Assembly (NCBI GenBank): GCA_043228905.1
Contig: JBHGNT010000001.1
Span: forward strand, 10,478,001 to 10,542,000
From: Azolla caroliniana
Taxonomy: Eukaryota; Plantae; Polypodiophyta
Length of the DNA stretch: 64,000 bases
Direction: 5' to 3'
In this document: positions 45,948 to 60,043 of the stretch, one piece after another
How the letters are laid out: every line of letters begins with the position of its first letter
Numbering within the stretch: the first letter of the stretch is position 1
Translations under genes and position numbers: made by a program
The notes under the pieces: model-generated
What the model was told of the DNA's origin: nothing
Database searches by the model: none
Seen by the model: only the letters and a program-made list of their open reading frames with translations

Positions 45948-48029
45948 CTATCTGTAGTGAATGCAGTCTTCATAGACCAGTGATATATCTATTGAGGAAG
46001 AACAAATATCGTACATGATCAATTGAGCGATATCCAGACGGCTTCCTTGAAATTGGCTTATATTCAAAGAGCTTGCGTGTTGTAAGACGCTGTACCTTTG
46101 GCCGTCTATAGTTCTCCGAAACACATGCTCTTGTTTGGATCCATCCAAACAATGTGCCATGGAGTCTTTGTTGCCAAAGATTTGCAAATTCTCAGTGGCC
46201 TTTTTCCCAAGTAAATGTGGACTCTTTTGGACAAGATAGCTGAGCAAAACCTCATCTGGGAAGTCTTCATTGGTTTTCTCTTTGCTCATAGCTACTCGTA
46301 CAACCTCCACCACCATTGAATTAACTAACCCTTTTGTAGCCCTCATAGAACCCAATATCACTCCACTGCTCATCACTCTTCTTTTCTTCTCCCATCTGTC
46401 TAATGACTTCCACAGTAGCTTTCCATACAGTCTCTCAAACATGGTTTCCTTTCCTTCCTTCACCATGCTTGGGTTTGCTTTCTTTGGAGTTGCAGTTTCA
46501 TTGAAATCACGAGCTCCCCTCTCTTTAATACCATTACTCTCTTTATTATAGATTGCCTTCCTTATCATGACATCCCTAGTAGTATACTTTCCTTGCACCA
46601 AAGAAGCTGGATGAACCTTTTCACTGTCATCAGATGGTTTCTGCAGAATTGCTTCTTCCCATGTTGAATCTTGTGCTGTGAAATAAAGGAAATCTGTGTG
46701 TTTAGGATGATGCATAAATACATCACCCAGTACCACAACCCCTCCTAGTTCCACAAGCATAACTTGCTCAAACTTGTGTTTTAGCAATCCCAACAGCATT
46801 TGATAACATAGCCATCGCCTTAACCTAGAGGAAGGGTCCATGAGAAACCCTGAAAATCCATCTGTGCTGTCCAGTTCATTTATCTGGAATCCAACAACAG
46901 ACCCGAAATTGAAGTCCTTACCTTTCTCATCGCTGATGGAAGAAGAAGACCTCCTCTTCCGTTCATGTGCTGATACTACAAGAAGATTGACCCATGACCG
47001 CTTGCCTCCATTTGTTGATGCCAAATTACCATTGCCCCATATGATAGAACGCCTCTCCTCTTCTCCATGTTTTGGATTTAGGTCACCATTACCACATTTC
47101 ATGAAAGGTCTCTTATGATCATCTGCATGCTGCATTGATGCTACATCATTGCCGCCGCCACATGCGATAGAAGAAGGCCCCTTGTGATCATCTCCATGTG
47201 TTGATGACACCTGACTGTTGCCCCAAAGGGCATCAGACCACTTTCTCGATGCCTCGGATGCTCCTCTCGGATCCTTCGGGATCTCAAAGGCCGTTCGATT
47301 GAAAATGCTAATGCAAGGACCCCTGTCTACTGCCTGTGTGGAATCCATTAAAGATCTCAATCGTCGAAAGCTCTGTCCCTCTTCGGAAATAATCCCAAGA
47401 ACATGCTCAGGAATTGTGGTAGACCAAGGGAGCAAAAGCACTAAATCAGCACGAGCCATAGCACCACTTCTATAGAGGGTTCTCAAGAATAGCCTAAAAT
47501 CTATCAAATTACAACCTTCTTCAATGTTTGCAATGATCAAATTCTCCATGGCCCTGTTTCCTTTGCTGAAGACAACCCCAAGGCCATGGAGCGCATGCTC
47601 ATTAATATCCAAATGTTGGTCTTCATTGAAAATATAAGTAGTCGTTCTCCCTAACACAAGCAGCATAATCCAGAGAGCAAACGCAAGTAGACATAAGAAG
47701 ATGTAAACGTTGTGGAGAATTGGAACTTCCTTTGAACCCAAACTATGATTCTTTGGCTTCGCTGTCTGGTCTTTGGATTCAGAGTTATGAAAAGTAGTGA
47801 TGATAGAAGTGGTTTTCTTTATCAATCTGGGTGTAGAGAATGTGGAAGGGGCGAATTTTTGTGTGGTAAGGAGGATAGCCCACTCTGAAGGAGGGCTCTC
47901 ATACTCAATATGCTCTGTTTCCCTGATAAGAGGGCTCTGTTTTCCTCCTATAGAACCAAGCCCAAAATATTTGATATTCTTAGGATTGAGCAAAGAAATG
48001 GCGGCCTTCATGAAGGAGGTGTGCACCAT
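45948..48029 (-). CDS. Single-exon 693-aa plant protein of unknown function with one N-terminal TM helix (type II membrane)
   Basis: Long uninterrupted ORF; TM segment VYIFLCLLAFALWIMLLVLG; block GLGVVFSKGNRAMENLIIA...FRLFLRTLYRSGAMARADLV resembles a conserved uncharacterised land-plant family (from recall). Confidence 0.8.
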   Translation of the reverse strand: MVHTSFMKAAISLLNPKNIKYFGLGSIGGKQSPLIRETEHIEYESPPSEWAILLTTQKFAPSTFSTPRLIKKTTSIITTFHNSESKDQTAKPKNHSLGSKEVPILHNVYIFLCLLAFALWIMLLVLGRTTTYIFNEDQHLDINEHALHGLGVVFSKGNRAMENLIIANIEEGCNLIDFRLFLRTLYRSGAMARADLVLLLPWSTTIPEHVLGIISEEGQSFRRLRSLMDSTQAVDRGPCISIFNRTAFEIPKDPRGASEASRKWSDALWGNSQVSSTHGDDHKGPSSIACGGGNDVASMQHADDHKRPFMKCGNGDLNPKHGEEERRSIIWGNGNLASTNGGKRSWVNLLVVSAHERKRRSSSSISDEKGKDFNFGSVVGFQINELDSTDGFSGFLMDPSSRLRRWLCYQMLLGLLKHKFEQVMLVELGGVVVLGDVFMHHPKHTDFLYFTAQDSTWEEAILQKPSDDSEKVHPASLVQGKYTTRDVMIRKAIYNKESNGIKERGARDFNETATPKKANPSMVKEGKETMFERLYGKLLWKSLDRWEKKRRVMSSGVILGSMRATKGLVNSMVVEVVRVAMSKEKTNEDFPDEVLLSYLVQKSPHLLGKKATENLQIFGNKDSMAHCLDGSKQEHVFRRTIDGQRYSVLQHASSLNISQFQGSRLDIAQLIMYDICSSSIDISLVYEDCIHYR

Positions 48030-49984
48030 TGTGCCTTCATAATGGTTGGTTGGATCACATCAGGAGAGGAGGATAGCTATGGTGGTGATAGCTATGGTGG
48101 TGGTGGTGTATAATGGGCATTTGACCTGAGAGCTATGGAGAGGAGTTGATATTGTGATTTTCACGTCCTAGGCACCATCTCTCCTCTCCACCTGTAGTTG
48201 CCTTATTATTATTATTATTATCATTATTCTTTTTCTTATTTGAAATTTAGATTTTTTGCCGCTTTTCATTTCTTTGGCACCTCCTCAAGCATCTCATATA
48301 TTCTGGTCAATGATTTGTTTGTTTTTTTTTTGTTTTTGCTTTTGTTTTATAAAAGCTGATTGTGGAGGAGGCTGACTACGTGTGGTGCACACACACACAC
48401 ACATGCCTGCAACTACGTGATAGGTTCTATCAATGGCTTTTACATTTAGGGTTTTTTTATCTTATTTTTTATTTGGACACCATTTATTTAGACCCCACCA
48501 ACGCGATGGGATCCATGGTTTCTCTTACACTTTTATATCGAATGCCATTGATCTTAACCCGACAAAGTGGAATCTGTGCAAATCCCATTTTCTTAGTCCT
48601 CCTTCCCAATAGTTTTAATGCATGTAGGTATCACCCAAGCGGGAGCATTTAATCCAATGAAGGGATGGATGGCATAGATGCTTTATCACACTTCCCTGTT
48701 CGACATGATCGCGATCCGATCCGACACTGTTTTTCCGTCAGACAGGTGTATTCTTTTTATTCGGAACACTAAGCAGGGTACTTAAATTCCATGTTGTGGT
48801 TCTCCGGAGGGGCAGTGCATAATTCTCTGTGGATTGCTGGGATAAGAGCAATGTGGCCATGGACTTGCTCAATACCATTGCATTTTGCTTCGATTCTCAG
48901 TATCTGTCAACGGGTTTCATGCATCTTCCAAGCCTCTGCGATGGCCTGCTCTGCCCAGATTCTAGAAGGCATACTCTTCTTTCTCTTGATTTAACAAAAT
49001 AAAACGCCCCCCATATTCTCGGATTTGTTTTTAGGCTTAATGTATATGTAATACATGCATTCGAAATTGAGTTATAATTTCCTGTTTAGTACATATTCTC
49101 AGTGAGTATTCCTTTAATGATGATGATGATGATGATGATGATGATAGGAAGAAGAAGAAGCAGAAAATTCTCAAAGAGATATCTGGGAATGGTTCATTGT
49201 GTAATTGTAGCACCATGGATCTACTTCCCGAGCTTTCTTGAAGAACAAGATCTTCATTGACACAACAACATGTATATATCTTCATGAACAAAACTGTTGG
49301 ATCAGATCAAAGAGATTAAAGGTACCCCTCAGGTACCTATGCAAATCTTTTCCCTTTTTTCTTTTGGGTTTTAAAACGTTGGTAATTCTGACAGACTCAA
49401 TAGCGCTGAAATGGAAGATTCCATTACTATTGACCTCAGGGGAAAGAAAGAAGCACAAAAAAGTATTCCATCCACACAAAACTCCCGTTACTTAAGGATC
49501 TTATTAACAATTATAGCAGACATTTTGAAATTTGTGATTTTGTTAAGTACTTTTTACTGATTTATGTCTTTTTGTGAGAGGGGTCATAATCTGGATGGAT
49601 GCAGGAATTAGATCCCGAAGAGCTGATAAAAAAAAAGGTGGGGTCATTAGATCGGTGCGGCCGGGTAGAAAACAATCGAATCAGCCTCTCCGAACTCGAA
49701 TTCTTAGAATTTTATTTGGAATGTAAAAAATGCATAACACCAAATGCCTCTGTTTCTGTTTCTGCTTCTGCTTCTGCTTCGGAATGCTGTTAGTTCTATG
49801 TAATTCCCCTTTTCTTCTTCTTCTTCCTTCTTCTTTACCATAGTCATCTGAGTTTTATTGTGCTATGCAACATCCACAAGTAAGTAAGTGTTCATGGGTT
49901 CTACTTTGTAACTTTCATTAACTTAATGTTATTCCTTCCATGGGAAAAGAAAAGGAGGCAAAGAAAGAGAAAGAGAGACCTTGA

Positions 49985-50305
49985 CATATCAAGGTTGTCC
50001 GGGCGGACACCAGAAGGTCATGTGTTCAACCCCTCGTGGGTGCCAAATAGCACGTATATGAGATTTGATCGTGGGTGCACCACTGCTATATAGCCCTAAT
50101 GCGGGAAAAAGAGAAGACACCTTGGTTTGCTCGTACACACCTTAACAAACTTGGACACCCATTTTTAGGGTTCGTGTCGTTTTTAGGGTTAAGACATGTT
50201 ATGGGGGAAAAAGAGAGACACCTTTGCTTGCTTGTATACACCTTAAGAAACTTGGACACCCATTTTGAGGGTTCGTGACGTTTTTAGGGTTAAGACATGT
50301 TATGC
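49985..50305 (+). repeat. Possible SINE-like fragment followed by a ~102-bp direct duplication
   Basis: AGAAGGTCATGTGTTCAACCCC resembles a tRNA variable/T-arm; AGACACCTT...TAAGACATGTTATG occurs at ~50114-50203 and ~50216-50304. Confidence 0.45.
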
Positions 50306-53160
50306 TTTTTGTGTACGAGAGGGAGGGAGGGATTTATTGCTTATCAACAATACGTTTGTTTCGTGTTTAAAGGTAGGAGAGGAGCACTATTCCAGACGTT
50401 ATTATGATGTGCCAGATTCTCTTGGTAAACTCTTTACATGAACCTATGAAGAATTTATGTAAGAAATGTATGGATTAGTCTTGTGCAAAAGATTACTCTA
50501 GCTACAAATTCAAAACAATATCATTGCATGAAGGAGCTTTTTATGGTTTATATGAGACAATCCGAAATGACTTTCATTAGAAGGTCGTAAATATACTAGA
50601 GCTCGTTCAGGAATGTGAATGAACCCTCTAGTGACCTTACAAAAGAAGTCAAGCGGAACATCAGTACTAGAGATGCATTGGAATATAGTATGTTAACAAT
50701 GAGAACCTTTCATTGAGAATTTTTTGTACTTGTAATTTTTTTGAATTTACCCTAAGCCCATTAACTTTGTGGTTTTTATCCTCATCATTTCTGATATCCT
50801 TGGATTTCTACATGATTGATTGCAAAAGGTTCAAACCATGAATGAGGGTTGCATATTTGGAAGTCGGATACCTCATGGAAAAAATGGTGCAATTTTTCAA
50901 TTGCATGGCACAGTGACATTAATTTTGATGAGCTTGCAATAAACATGGAGTAGTCTAGACACAGTTGAAATGGTTGTGTACTAAGCATACAATATAATTA
51001 ATTGGAGTTGGAAGGAGAAGATATATTTCTAGTAGGACTTTGTATCTTTCTTTCTCTGGGATGTATATGTGCCTTTTTTGGTTACCATGAAGTCAAGACT
51101 ATGGTGTATATTAAGAATGGAAGTTTTTGCTAGAATCTTGAGGGTTTCCTCTTTCACTTTCATTCTTCAGTAAAAGATTCGCATGTGAGAAAGCAATGGT
51201 AACCGAAGATTTATAAATGATGATATGTTTAGTCCACGAGGAACTAGCATGATACATGGTACCAACAATCATTACAAAACATTCTACCATTACCCATGGG
51301 AAGTTAAAAATGATCACTATTTTTGAAGGCTAGAACATGGAACCTAAGATTGTAAGGCACAAGCTCTACCATTACACCATAACATTTACATGGTAGGTAA
51401 GTACTGGACGATAATAATATATTGCGGTTCACAAGTGACCAACATGGTCCACGTGAAAGGCCATTGATGTTTAGATGTTTTCCAACTTGCAAATTTTCAA
51501 AACATGGAGGTGAATGATGAATAGGCGATGTCTTCCTCCCAACGTTCCCACCTTATCCAAGAGGGTATATTTGGAACCGATGGAGGAATATAACAATATT
51601 TGACAATCTTATGCCCACAAGTATCAAAGAGAAAGCTTAGTTGAAAAACCACAACTTAACAATTTGGGAATTTGGTCAAGGAAACTGAAGGTTTTTCTTA
51701 TACAAATTCTCAAGAGTTGGAGGCGTTTTTTTTTCTTTTCAAAATTCAGGTTAAAAAATTGCTGAATCCAAATTATACACTAGACTCTAAACTTGTGCAA
51801 AGCTTCTTCTTTCTCTCTCTTTCTACGATGTTAATCTCTTCTATAAATTTGCAACGATTAAAAAAGTTTGTTAACACATCAATTCCATGATCATGATTTG
51901 GACCCACAAGCTTATTGTTGCAAAGCATAAGCTTTTGCCGCCACAATATCTATGTGAAATCTAAGCTTTTAACGACGTAACGTACTAATCTAAATTGAAA
52001 GGGCGTTAGTTTCACTGACCTGCCCCTGACTAGCAAGAGCACACAACTATTATTATTACACGACTATGCTTAGCCGCGGGAGAGAAAACCGAGTTTCTAT
52101 TCCTCCTTTTAAGTCGAGAACTTGTTCACCTATAGATGTCCATAAGCACACCACAATTGTTATCCTGACTATACTTAGCCTTGGGAGGAAAACCGAGTTT
52201 CTATTATATATATTTCCAAAGGCCACTCTCGAGCCTTTGTGTTCCATGCGGATTTTTATAATTATCATTGAATTATTATTAGTTTTTGCTTTCCATTGCT
52301 ATATGAAAAGAAAATGGAGATTTAGTTAAATTGATGCAAAAGGAGGAACTCAGAGAGATATGTTTTAATTTGAGTTTTTCACTTTGACCCCAAGTGCTCC
52401 AAGTTTTTGCTATTTCCCCAAATACCCTCCCTTGGGTTTCATTAATGTCAGGCTCTTTTTTGACTTGAGAGGAGAGGAATGAAGAAGAAGAAGAAGAAGA
52501 AGGAGAAGAAGTCATTGAGTGAAAAGAGATATTATCTCACATTCTCTCTTCTGACAAATGATGGTGGTCTCTTCGAATTGAATAATCTGATTAACCAGAT
52601 CTGGATCAAAAGAATTCCCGCAATCCAACCTTTGTGGCAATCGTCTTTGTTCCGTCTTCTTCTACCACGATTTTGTTTTTAAGGGTCAGTTGTAACAGAG
52701 TAGAGCGTTAGATTTTAAGGTATGTGAATGAATTTTCTTATCTTATGATCAATTACCAATTAAGTTCATTAGCTCTCTGCTTCTCTCTTTTCTTGTTGGG
52801 TTTTTTTTTTTCAAGTGTGGCGCTCATTCAATGAAGTATATGCACACATGCACACACACGTAATTGATATTGTGTGTTATGTATGTGTGTGCGTCATTGT
52901 TTTGTTTTGCAGATTTGGGTTTTCTTCATTTCCATTTTCGCAATCATTGAAAGAAAATTCAAGAAGAGTGTCAATGGAGAGAGAGTGAGTGAGAGAATGA
53001 GAGATTCTTTTTATTTCTTTTCGCAGTGTATACGTTAAAGAGTATAATATGCGTATATAACTTCAAGAGGGATGGCTTGACATAAAAAGCTTCACCATGC
53101 CAATGATGAAGTAAAAGATCTAGTTTTCATAGAAACAGAGCAAAACTCTTACATCCAAGA

Positions 53161-56100
53161 ATGAGGTCCTGGGGACATCTCAATCGATGGATGGGACTTT
53201 CAGCAGCCATGTTAATGATGGTAGGTCTAGACTAATGAGTTCTTCGCCACATGACAATCGTTGAGCTTTTCTTTTCTTTGAACAGTCAAAAGTAATTCAA
53301 AGATTTTTATTTATTTATTTAATCACACACACACATATTATTAATATTAACAATGCTATCTGAAGCCCTTGATACATTTCGTTTTTGTATTTGTAATAGG
53401 GATGCAGTGGATTGACATACACATTTGCAGTATATAGTGAGTTTCTTAAGAAACAACTTCACTATTCACAGGAACGTGCCGATGATCTCGGAGCTGCCAA
53501 GGACTTTGGTGCACTTTTTGGCTTGTTTTCAGGATTGAGCTATTTCCTCTTTCCTCCGTGGGTCTCAGTGATCATTGGTGCTTTTATGCACTTTGCTGGC
53601 TACATTGTGGTTTGTGAGCTAGAAGATTAAACTTCACACTTATCTTCCTTTGTATGGACTTTTTGAGTTCGAAATTACCGAGCAATCCCATCACATTTTG
53701 TTGCTTTCAAAGTTCCACAATGTATCACTTCACAAGTACTGTTATCCAAGTCACATAATAGATATCTGAATGTTAGAATTTTTTTTCTTTTACCCCTTTT
53801 TACAGATCTTACTCACACTTACCAAAAGAATAAAAGCATCATTTCCGATGGTATGTCAAAACTTTGCGCGCAACATTTACCATTAACTTTTGAGGTTTTT
53901 AAGTGTTTTCTGGTTTGTTGATAACATATATTTTCTCATCTCATGTTACTTGGAAAGGCAGCTCTGCTTTTTCTCTGCTGTGGGCACAGGTGGGGATGCT
54001 TTCATCGATACAGCGTGCATCATGACAATGTAGGGAAAAACTATATTGCGTCTTTTCTGAGAATTTCTCTCTTATAAAAAAGGCAATGCTATGGAAAAAT
54101 CAAAATTTAAAAGTGAGTTTTTTTAGGAGAAAATTGTCAGCTAAGTGTGGGTCTCTAATGATCTTAACGTTATAAAAAATATGGTGCTCTTTACAAGTGA
54201 ATCGAAAATTTTGTGCCTTGTTAGAATTCCTTTGTAAGCCTTGATTTGTACAATTTGAAGATTTTGTAACACCTCTTTACAAGAAAAGTTTTACATTACT
54301 TGTGAGTGTAGTGATCCCTTAAATGTAAATATATGACACTTTTTGACAATAAACGTAACACTTGAAGCCACTAACTTAAGATTATAGATATAAAGCATAA
54401 GCATTAGATTTTATACATTTTTCTGTAAATTATCGTATTCTAATGGGCATATAAAAACAATGCTTCGTATTACGATATTTGTAAAATTTATTTTTATGGT
54501 TTTTTACAAATAAATTTTCATCTTTATTTGTAAAATTAGTATGATAATCTCTTGTTATATAATGTTGGCGTTCGAATTCACAGTTTGGAGAGCTTTGGAG
54601 ATCAGAAAGGTGCTGCAATCGGTCTTCTCAAGTCACAATTGGGACTAAGTGCGGCAATTTTTGTTATAGTAAGACGTATTAAATGTGGTTGATTAGCCCA
54701 GTAACTTTCTATACAAAACAGGAATTTTAGGCCTTGTTGATCATGCACCCTGATTTCCTTATTCTCTCTGTCAAGGTGTATAAAGCTTTTATGGGTTCAA
54801 CAGTTGTAAATTTCTTGGTGCTGATTACTTTGGTCCCAAGCTTGGTCTATAGTGGCCTCGCTTTTCTGATTCGACCTTATCCTTATGTTCATAATGTGGA
54901 AGAATTTGGTCAATCTGATGCCTCACAGCGCTTTGCTTTGGTTTCAGTGAGTATACTTTCCACTATTATGATTTCCAAAACGGGCAAATTAGGATATGAT
55001 CCTATGTTTTATCCCAGGTATTTGTGGTGATTCTCGGAGTTTTTTTGATGGGAGTTATGACTATTGAGGTGATTATGATGAGATAAACAATCTTTATTTG
55101 TAACATCTTTTTACACTAGTGATAGCTTTATCGATGCTTACACATTTTTAGCTATTGATGTGCAGGAGAATTTCAATATTGATGTCATAACTGAGAAGTT
55201 CTTTGTGGTGTCAATGCTGCTTATTTTAGTGGGAATGGTGCTTGTTCCTGTAAGTATTTCACTTGATCTGTCTTAGTAGCCAAGTGAGAACTAATGCTTA
55301 CTTCTGGATGATTTATTCAGCTTTTCTGTAAACCAATTGATCGTCTTCAAGTTTGTCTTGAAAGGATGCTTTCTAGAGTATTTCCATTGCACCATGTTGT
55401 TGAAGGTGGTAAAAGGGCTCTCAAAATTGATCCTGATAAAGAGTTGGACTTAGGTGAGGAGGGAATTCTTTTGAGACCTGATGCACCTCTGGAACTTGCA
55501 ACTGGAGTAAGAGAAGAAAGGGAAGGAGAAGAAGATGTTGTTTACCCTTCTACTTGGGAGAGTTTGCAAGGGATCAATTTTTGGTATCTCTCTGTTTATC
55601 TACAATGCTATAATATATATATTCATAGGGATGTAATGATTATAAGTTCTAATAATAATGCTTCTTATTGGTTCATATAGGCTGATCACCATTGTTGTCT
55701 CAAGTGGAGCTGGATCAGGTCTAGCAATTATGAACAACTTTGCACAGGTTGAAACTCTATTATATATGTATATATATAACAAAATAGAAAAAAAATAAAA
55801 TTGTCCAACTTTTCAACTATCAGGATATAAAGGACTATTTTTATTCATTCTCTCCGAAAATTCTGTACTAATCTATGATCAAAAGGATTCTTTCTAATCC
55901 TCTAGCCTTGCATAGATCGTTTATCCTATAAAATTAAAAAATATATATCACCTTCACCAAGTATGCACGATTGCATTTCTATTCATCCATATAAATTTCT
56001 GGTCATCTATAAACAAACAAATTATCCCTATTGTACATATTCTATAATGGTTTATCCTTATTACTCTGTCCTCATCTAGTAGGGCTGTGTAACTGATTAT

Positions 56101-57644
56101 CAAAACGCTTGATTTCCTACCTTCTGATAAGAGGTTCTCAAACCATTGTATGACTAAAGATTGGCAAAGCTATGAAGAGTGATGGGGTAGAAGAGTTTGT
56201 GGGCATCATCAGCATATGGAGCTGCTTTGGTCGTCTTGCTTCAGGGTATGTAAAATTGAGTATTCAGGAAAATATTATCCTTGGCTGTTTTCCATTTCGG
56301 ATATATGTGTTCTGTATAGAAAGTCATATGTACAAAGCTCCAATGTTTGACAGAATGGAAACTAGTCATAATAATCCTTTGTTGAAAGAAATTTAGCACA
56401 AGGAATTAGAAGCCAATCAGTGTCAAAACTTCAAAGCTTTGCCCAATTGTTGATGCCTGTAAATATGCCCGATTCTTCACATTAAGCTAAAGCCCATGAA
56501 GTTCCTCTGAAGAAATCCGGAATATGGTTGGAGTATAAAACTGCAGTAATCGATCATAAGTATCTATCTAAGTGGATTTTAAAACTTCAAATACGTACAA
56601 TGTTGGACATATTTCAAAACTTCAATTACATACAATGTTCTTTGTTGATAATATAGGTATGGATCTGATCTTATGATGAAAGCTGGCTATCCAAGACCAC
56701 TTTGTCTTCTTATGTCTCAAACAGCTATGTCTATTTGTTGTCTTATGCTATCCACTGGATGTAAGTACATATATGGAAATCTGGGATTTGAACCACCTTC
56801 ACAATAATAACTTGGAACCTTTTGAAATATGATATCAAAATCTTATGTAGTTTTTTTGCATGTCTTTAACCATGCAGCTACCTCCCTACTCTTCATTGGA
56901 TCGGCACTAACTGGTCTAGCATACGGATCCTACTGGACATTAGCCCCCACCATTATTTCAGAGGTCTTCGGGTTGAGACAAGTTGCAACACTCTACAAAT
57001 TCCTTGGGTGTGTGCTTTTGGTTTTATTTTTTATTTTTTATTTTTCTTTGTCAAATTAATTTAGCCATCAGCACGGTTTTATTATAGTTGTTTGATCATT
57101 TTCTCTATAAGCCATAGGGTGGCAGGAGTTGCAATACTACCTGGCCAATCTATTCATATGATGCGATCCATTAAGAGAAAAACAATAACCAATCCATTCA
57201 TTGAGACCCAAGAAACAATCTATTCATATAATTTTGATCCATGAAGAAGAAAATACAACAGTTTGTCCAAATGATGTGATCCATGAAGAGAAAAATAGAA
57301 AACCAACCTATTCATATGATGTGTTTCATCACGATAATGAATATAATATGAAGTGGGATTTGTTTTTGTAAATGAACAGTTTAGGGCCAACAATTGGATC
57401 ATATATTCTATCTGGAAAGGTGCTAGGATATTTATATGACAAAGAAAGCATCAAATATCAACAGCAACATGATGATGTTGTAGAGGAGAATGCATGTTAT
57501 GGACGAAGATGTTTCGAGTTCGGATTGCTCTCTTTGGCATCTATATGCTTTGTTGGTGTGATAGCATGCTTATGGTTCACACATAGAACCAAGAAATTGT
57601 ACAAGAGATTTAGCCATGCATTCAAAGCTGATGACATCCTATAA
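53161..57644 (+). CDS. Nodulin-like major facilitator superfamily transporter (NFD4-like), multi-exon
   Basis: Exons with GT-AG borders encode MRSWGHLNRWMGLSAAMLMM (53161-53220), GCSGLTYTFAVYSEFLK...AAKDFG (53400-53609), GAAIGLLKSQLGLSAAIF, GAGSGLAIMNNFAQ, SIWSCFGRLASG, IISEVFGL and GYLYDKE...CYGRRCF; stop at 57644. Confidence 0.9.
57150..57330. repeat. Intronic minisatellite
   Basis: CTATTCATATGATG.GATCCATGAAGAGAAAA-like unit repeated about 4 times in the last MFS intron. Confidence 0.6.
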
Positions 57645-59789
57645 AGTCTAGTTTGCTTATGCATTTATTATTGATATTCTTTGAATGCTAAACAGAAATT
57701 CCCAAAGACCCAACATGGATTGATATCCTTCAAAAGAACCTCACATGGTTTATGTTGTTCATTCGTCTTCACCATTCAAAGATTTGTGGATGTGCGTTTC
57801 CACATTGGGAACTTTGTTTCTTAATGGGAAGAATCATGCACATTGATGTGCATACTATGAAAGCATGTACTTTATGTAACGGAAAGTATTTTGCATCGAA
57901 TGTACATATCAGATCTTTTGAGATTCCTCAATTCTTTTGTGTGAATCAATTTGATCATTTTGGGCACCCATATTGTTATTTCACATTGGAAATAGCCTCT
58001 ATATAGATGGTCCATTCTTTCACCAAGAGAGTGATTATCTGAAAGTTTGCTCTGAAATCTGAAAGTAATGCATTATATAAAAATGAACAATAGTGCATCA
58101 CATCAAAAGAATTGTTTGTTGAAATAGTAGAGAACATAAATTCCATACTCTTTCTCGACGAAAAGAAAGTTGTGATTACATCAAGTCCCACTGAAACATG
58201 ATGCTATAACATCTTGATTTTATTGGTACAAATAGGTAGTTTTGAAGAAGTCAAAATGTTTATGTTCATATTTTGAACATTTCTAAAGTCAAGGAAACCA
58301 ACATCACAAATCAAATATGGAAAGAGGGAGATATCGATCCAAATGAAACTTTAGACAATGGATTTGGTATCTTAGGATTGATCATTTCTCAGAGTGGGGG
58401 ACAAAACATGCTAGTTTGTTGAATGTCGGATCCATCCCCAATGTAAAAGGCTTAAATAAGAGTGCCACCTAATGCAATGCTAGAGTTTAGCCATGTCACA
58501 AGAAAGGAAAAGAATTGAAGGCTGTGACTTATGACTCATATGGAAGCCTAAAATCATTGGGTCAATATGGATATGTTGAGAAACGAGCAATTGCGTTTCA
58601 ATAAAGGCCTTTCTCATGGACACTCACCTTGTAAAGAACATATTTTATGAAGGCTTATTTGTTGATGTGTTCTATTATTATGAATCAAACAAGATATTCA
58701 GTTTAGAATGGCCATTGGAACATTTACCAATAGTTCTGAAACATTCATTTGTGTGCCTTCAAATCAAGCTTTTCTTATATAACATTTTGAAATGCTAAAT
58801 TTGTTTATTGTCTTGAGGAATAAAAGGAAATAAAATCCATAAGCTTGAAAAGTTGGACTTGAGATTGTTGGGAAATTTATCCAAAAAATTATGAGATTTA
58901 GCACATGTTTTCATAGAATGTCGTTACAATCTAGCAATTTTGCTTGCAAGGTATAAATGAATTGATAATAAAATAAAGATGCTCGTACTCACTAAAAAAG
59001 TCTCAAGACCATTCAATACTAGTGAGGTTCATTTTCTAGGAGGGATGAAGTGACCCCAGAAACGTGGAATAATTCCTTGAAAGGCCATGTTTGCAAAAGA
59101 GAGGATATTGCGATGGACTTCGAAGGAAATTTGAGTTATATCAATGTTAACTTACTAGCTTTAGCAAGAAAATATAGCTTCCTCACCTTTGTGAAGCTTT
59201 TTAAAAAGGACTTATGAAGGTTTGGTAAACTAAAAGTGGAGAATAATTCCTCATAAGATATTGCTTTACACAGAGGATATTGTAATGGGCCATGAAAGAA
59301 AATTTAGGTATGGTTTCCCTATATCATATTCCCTTAATGCCCCACATGAACAAAAGGTGAAAAAACACACATAACTTTCTCCCTATTGCTCCCTTTTGTT
59401 GAGCACGAGGTGAAGACTGACTATGACAAAAGAAACGTTGACGATTCGGCATATGATATAATGCATTGCATACATGATCTCTATTATAATCACATGTATT
59501 CGAGCACCCTATAATGAATGAGGTGGCCAACTGGCCTAATCTAGGAGCAATGATTCACCATCATGGTGCATCAATGAGCCCCTAAGGCATGGGATGCAAT
59601 TCCTACAATAATGATCACAAATCTCTTTATCTCTAGTTGAGCCAATTGAGAGTCTAATCGAGCAAGTAGTACCCTCAAATCGAAGACCTAAAATCCTGAA
59701 ACAACCTTAATCACCAAGCCATCAATCGAGGAAATTGGGAGGGGTATCAGCTAGTATTGTTTTATACAAGCCTAAAACTATGAACTGTA

Positions 59790-60043
59790 AGACCTAAAAC
59801 CTTGAAACCCTAAACCATCGAGAGTAGAGAGAGTGGTGCATAGTCATATCATCTATCTTAAGGAAGTCACAAACCGAAGATAGTAAACCCTAACTATCTA
59901 AATGACCCTAAACCTTGAAACCCTAAACCATCGAGAGTGGAGAGTGGTGCATAGTCGTATTATCTATCTTAAGGAAGTCACAAACCGAAGATAGTAAACC
60001 CTAAACATGTAAATAACCCTAAACCCTAAACCTTAAACCCTAG
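59790..60043. repeat. ~115-bp duplication with interstitial telomere-like (CCCTAAA) motifs
   Basis: CCTTGAAACCCTAAACCATCGAGAGT...GATAGTAAACCCTAA occurs twice, then AACCCTAAACCCTAAACCTTAAACCCTAG. Confidence 0.8.

Noticed and set aside
48600-49800. Short ORFs upstream of the 693-aa gene
   Set aside because: No recognisable motif or consistent exon chain; this is probably UTR, intron or promoter sequence.
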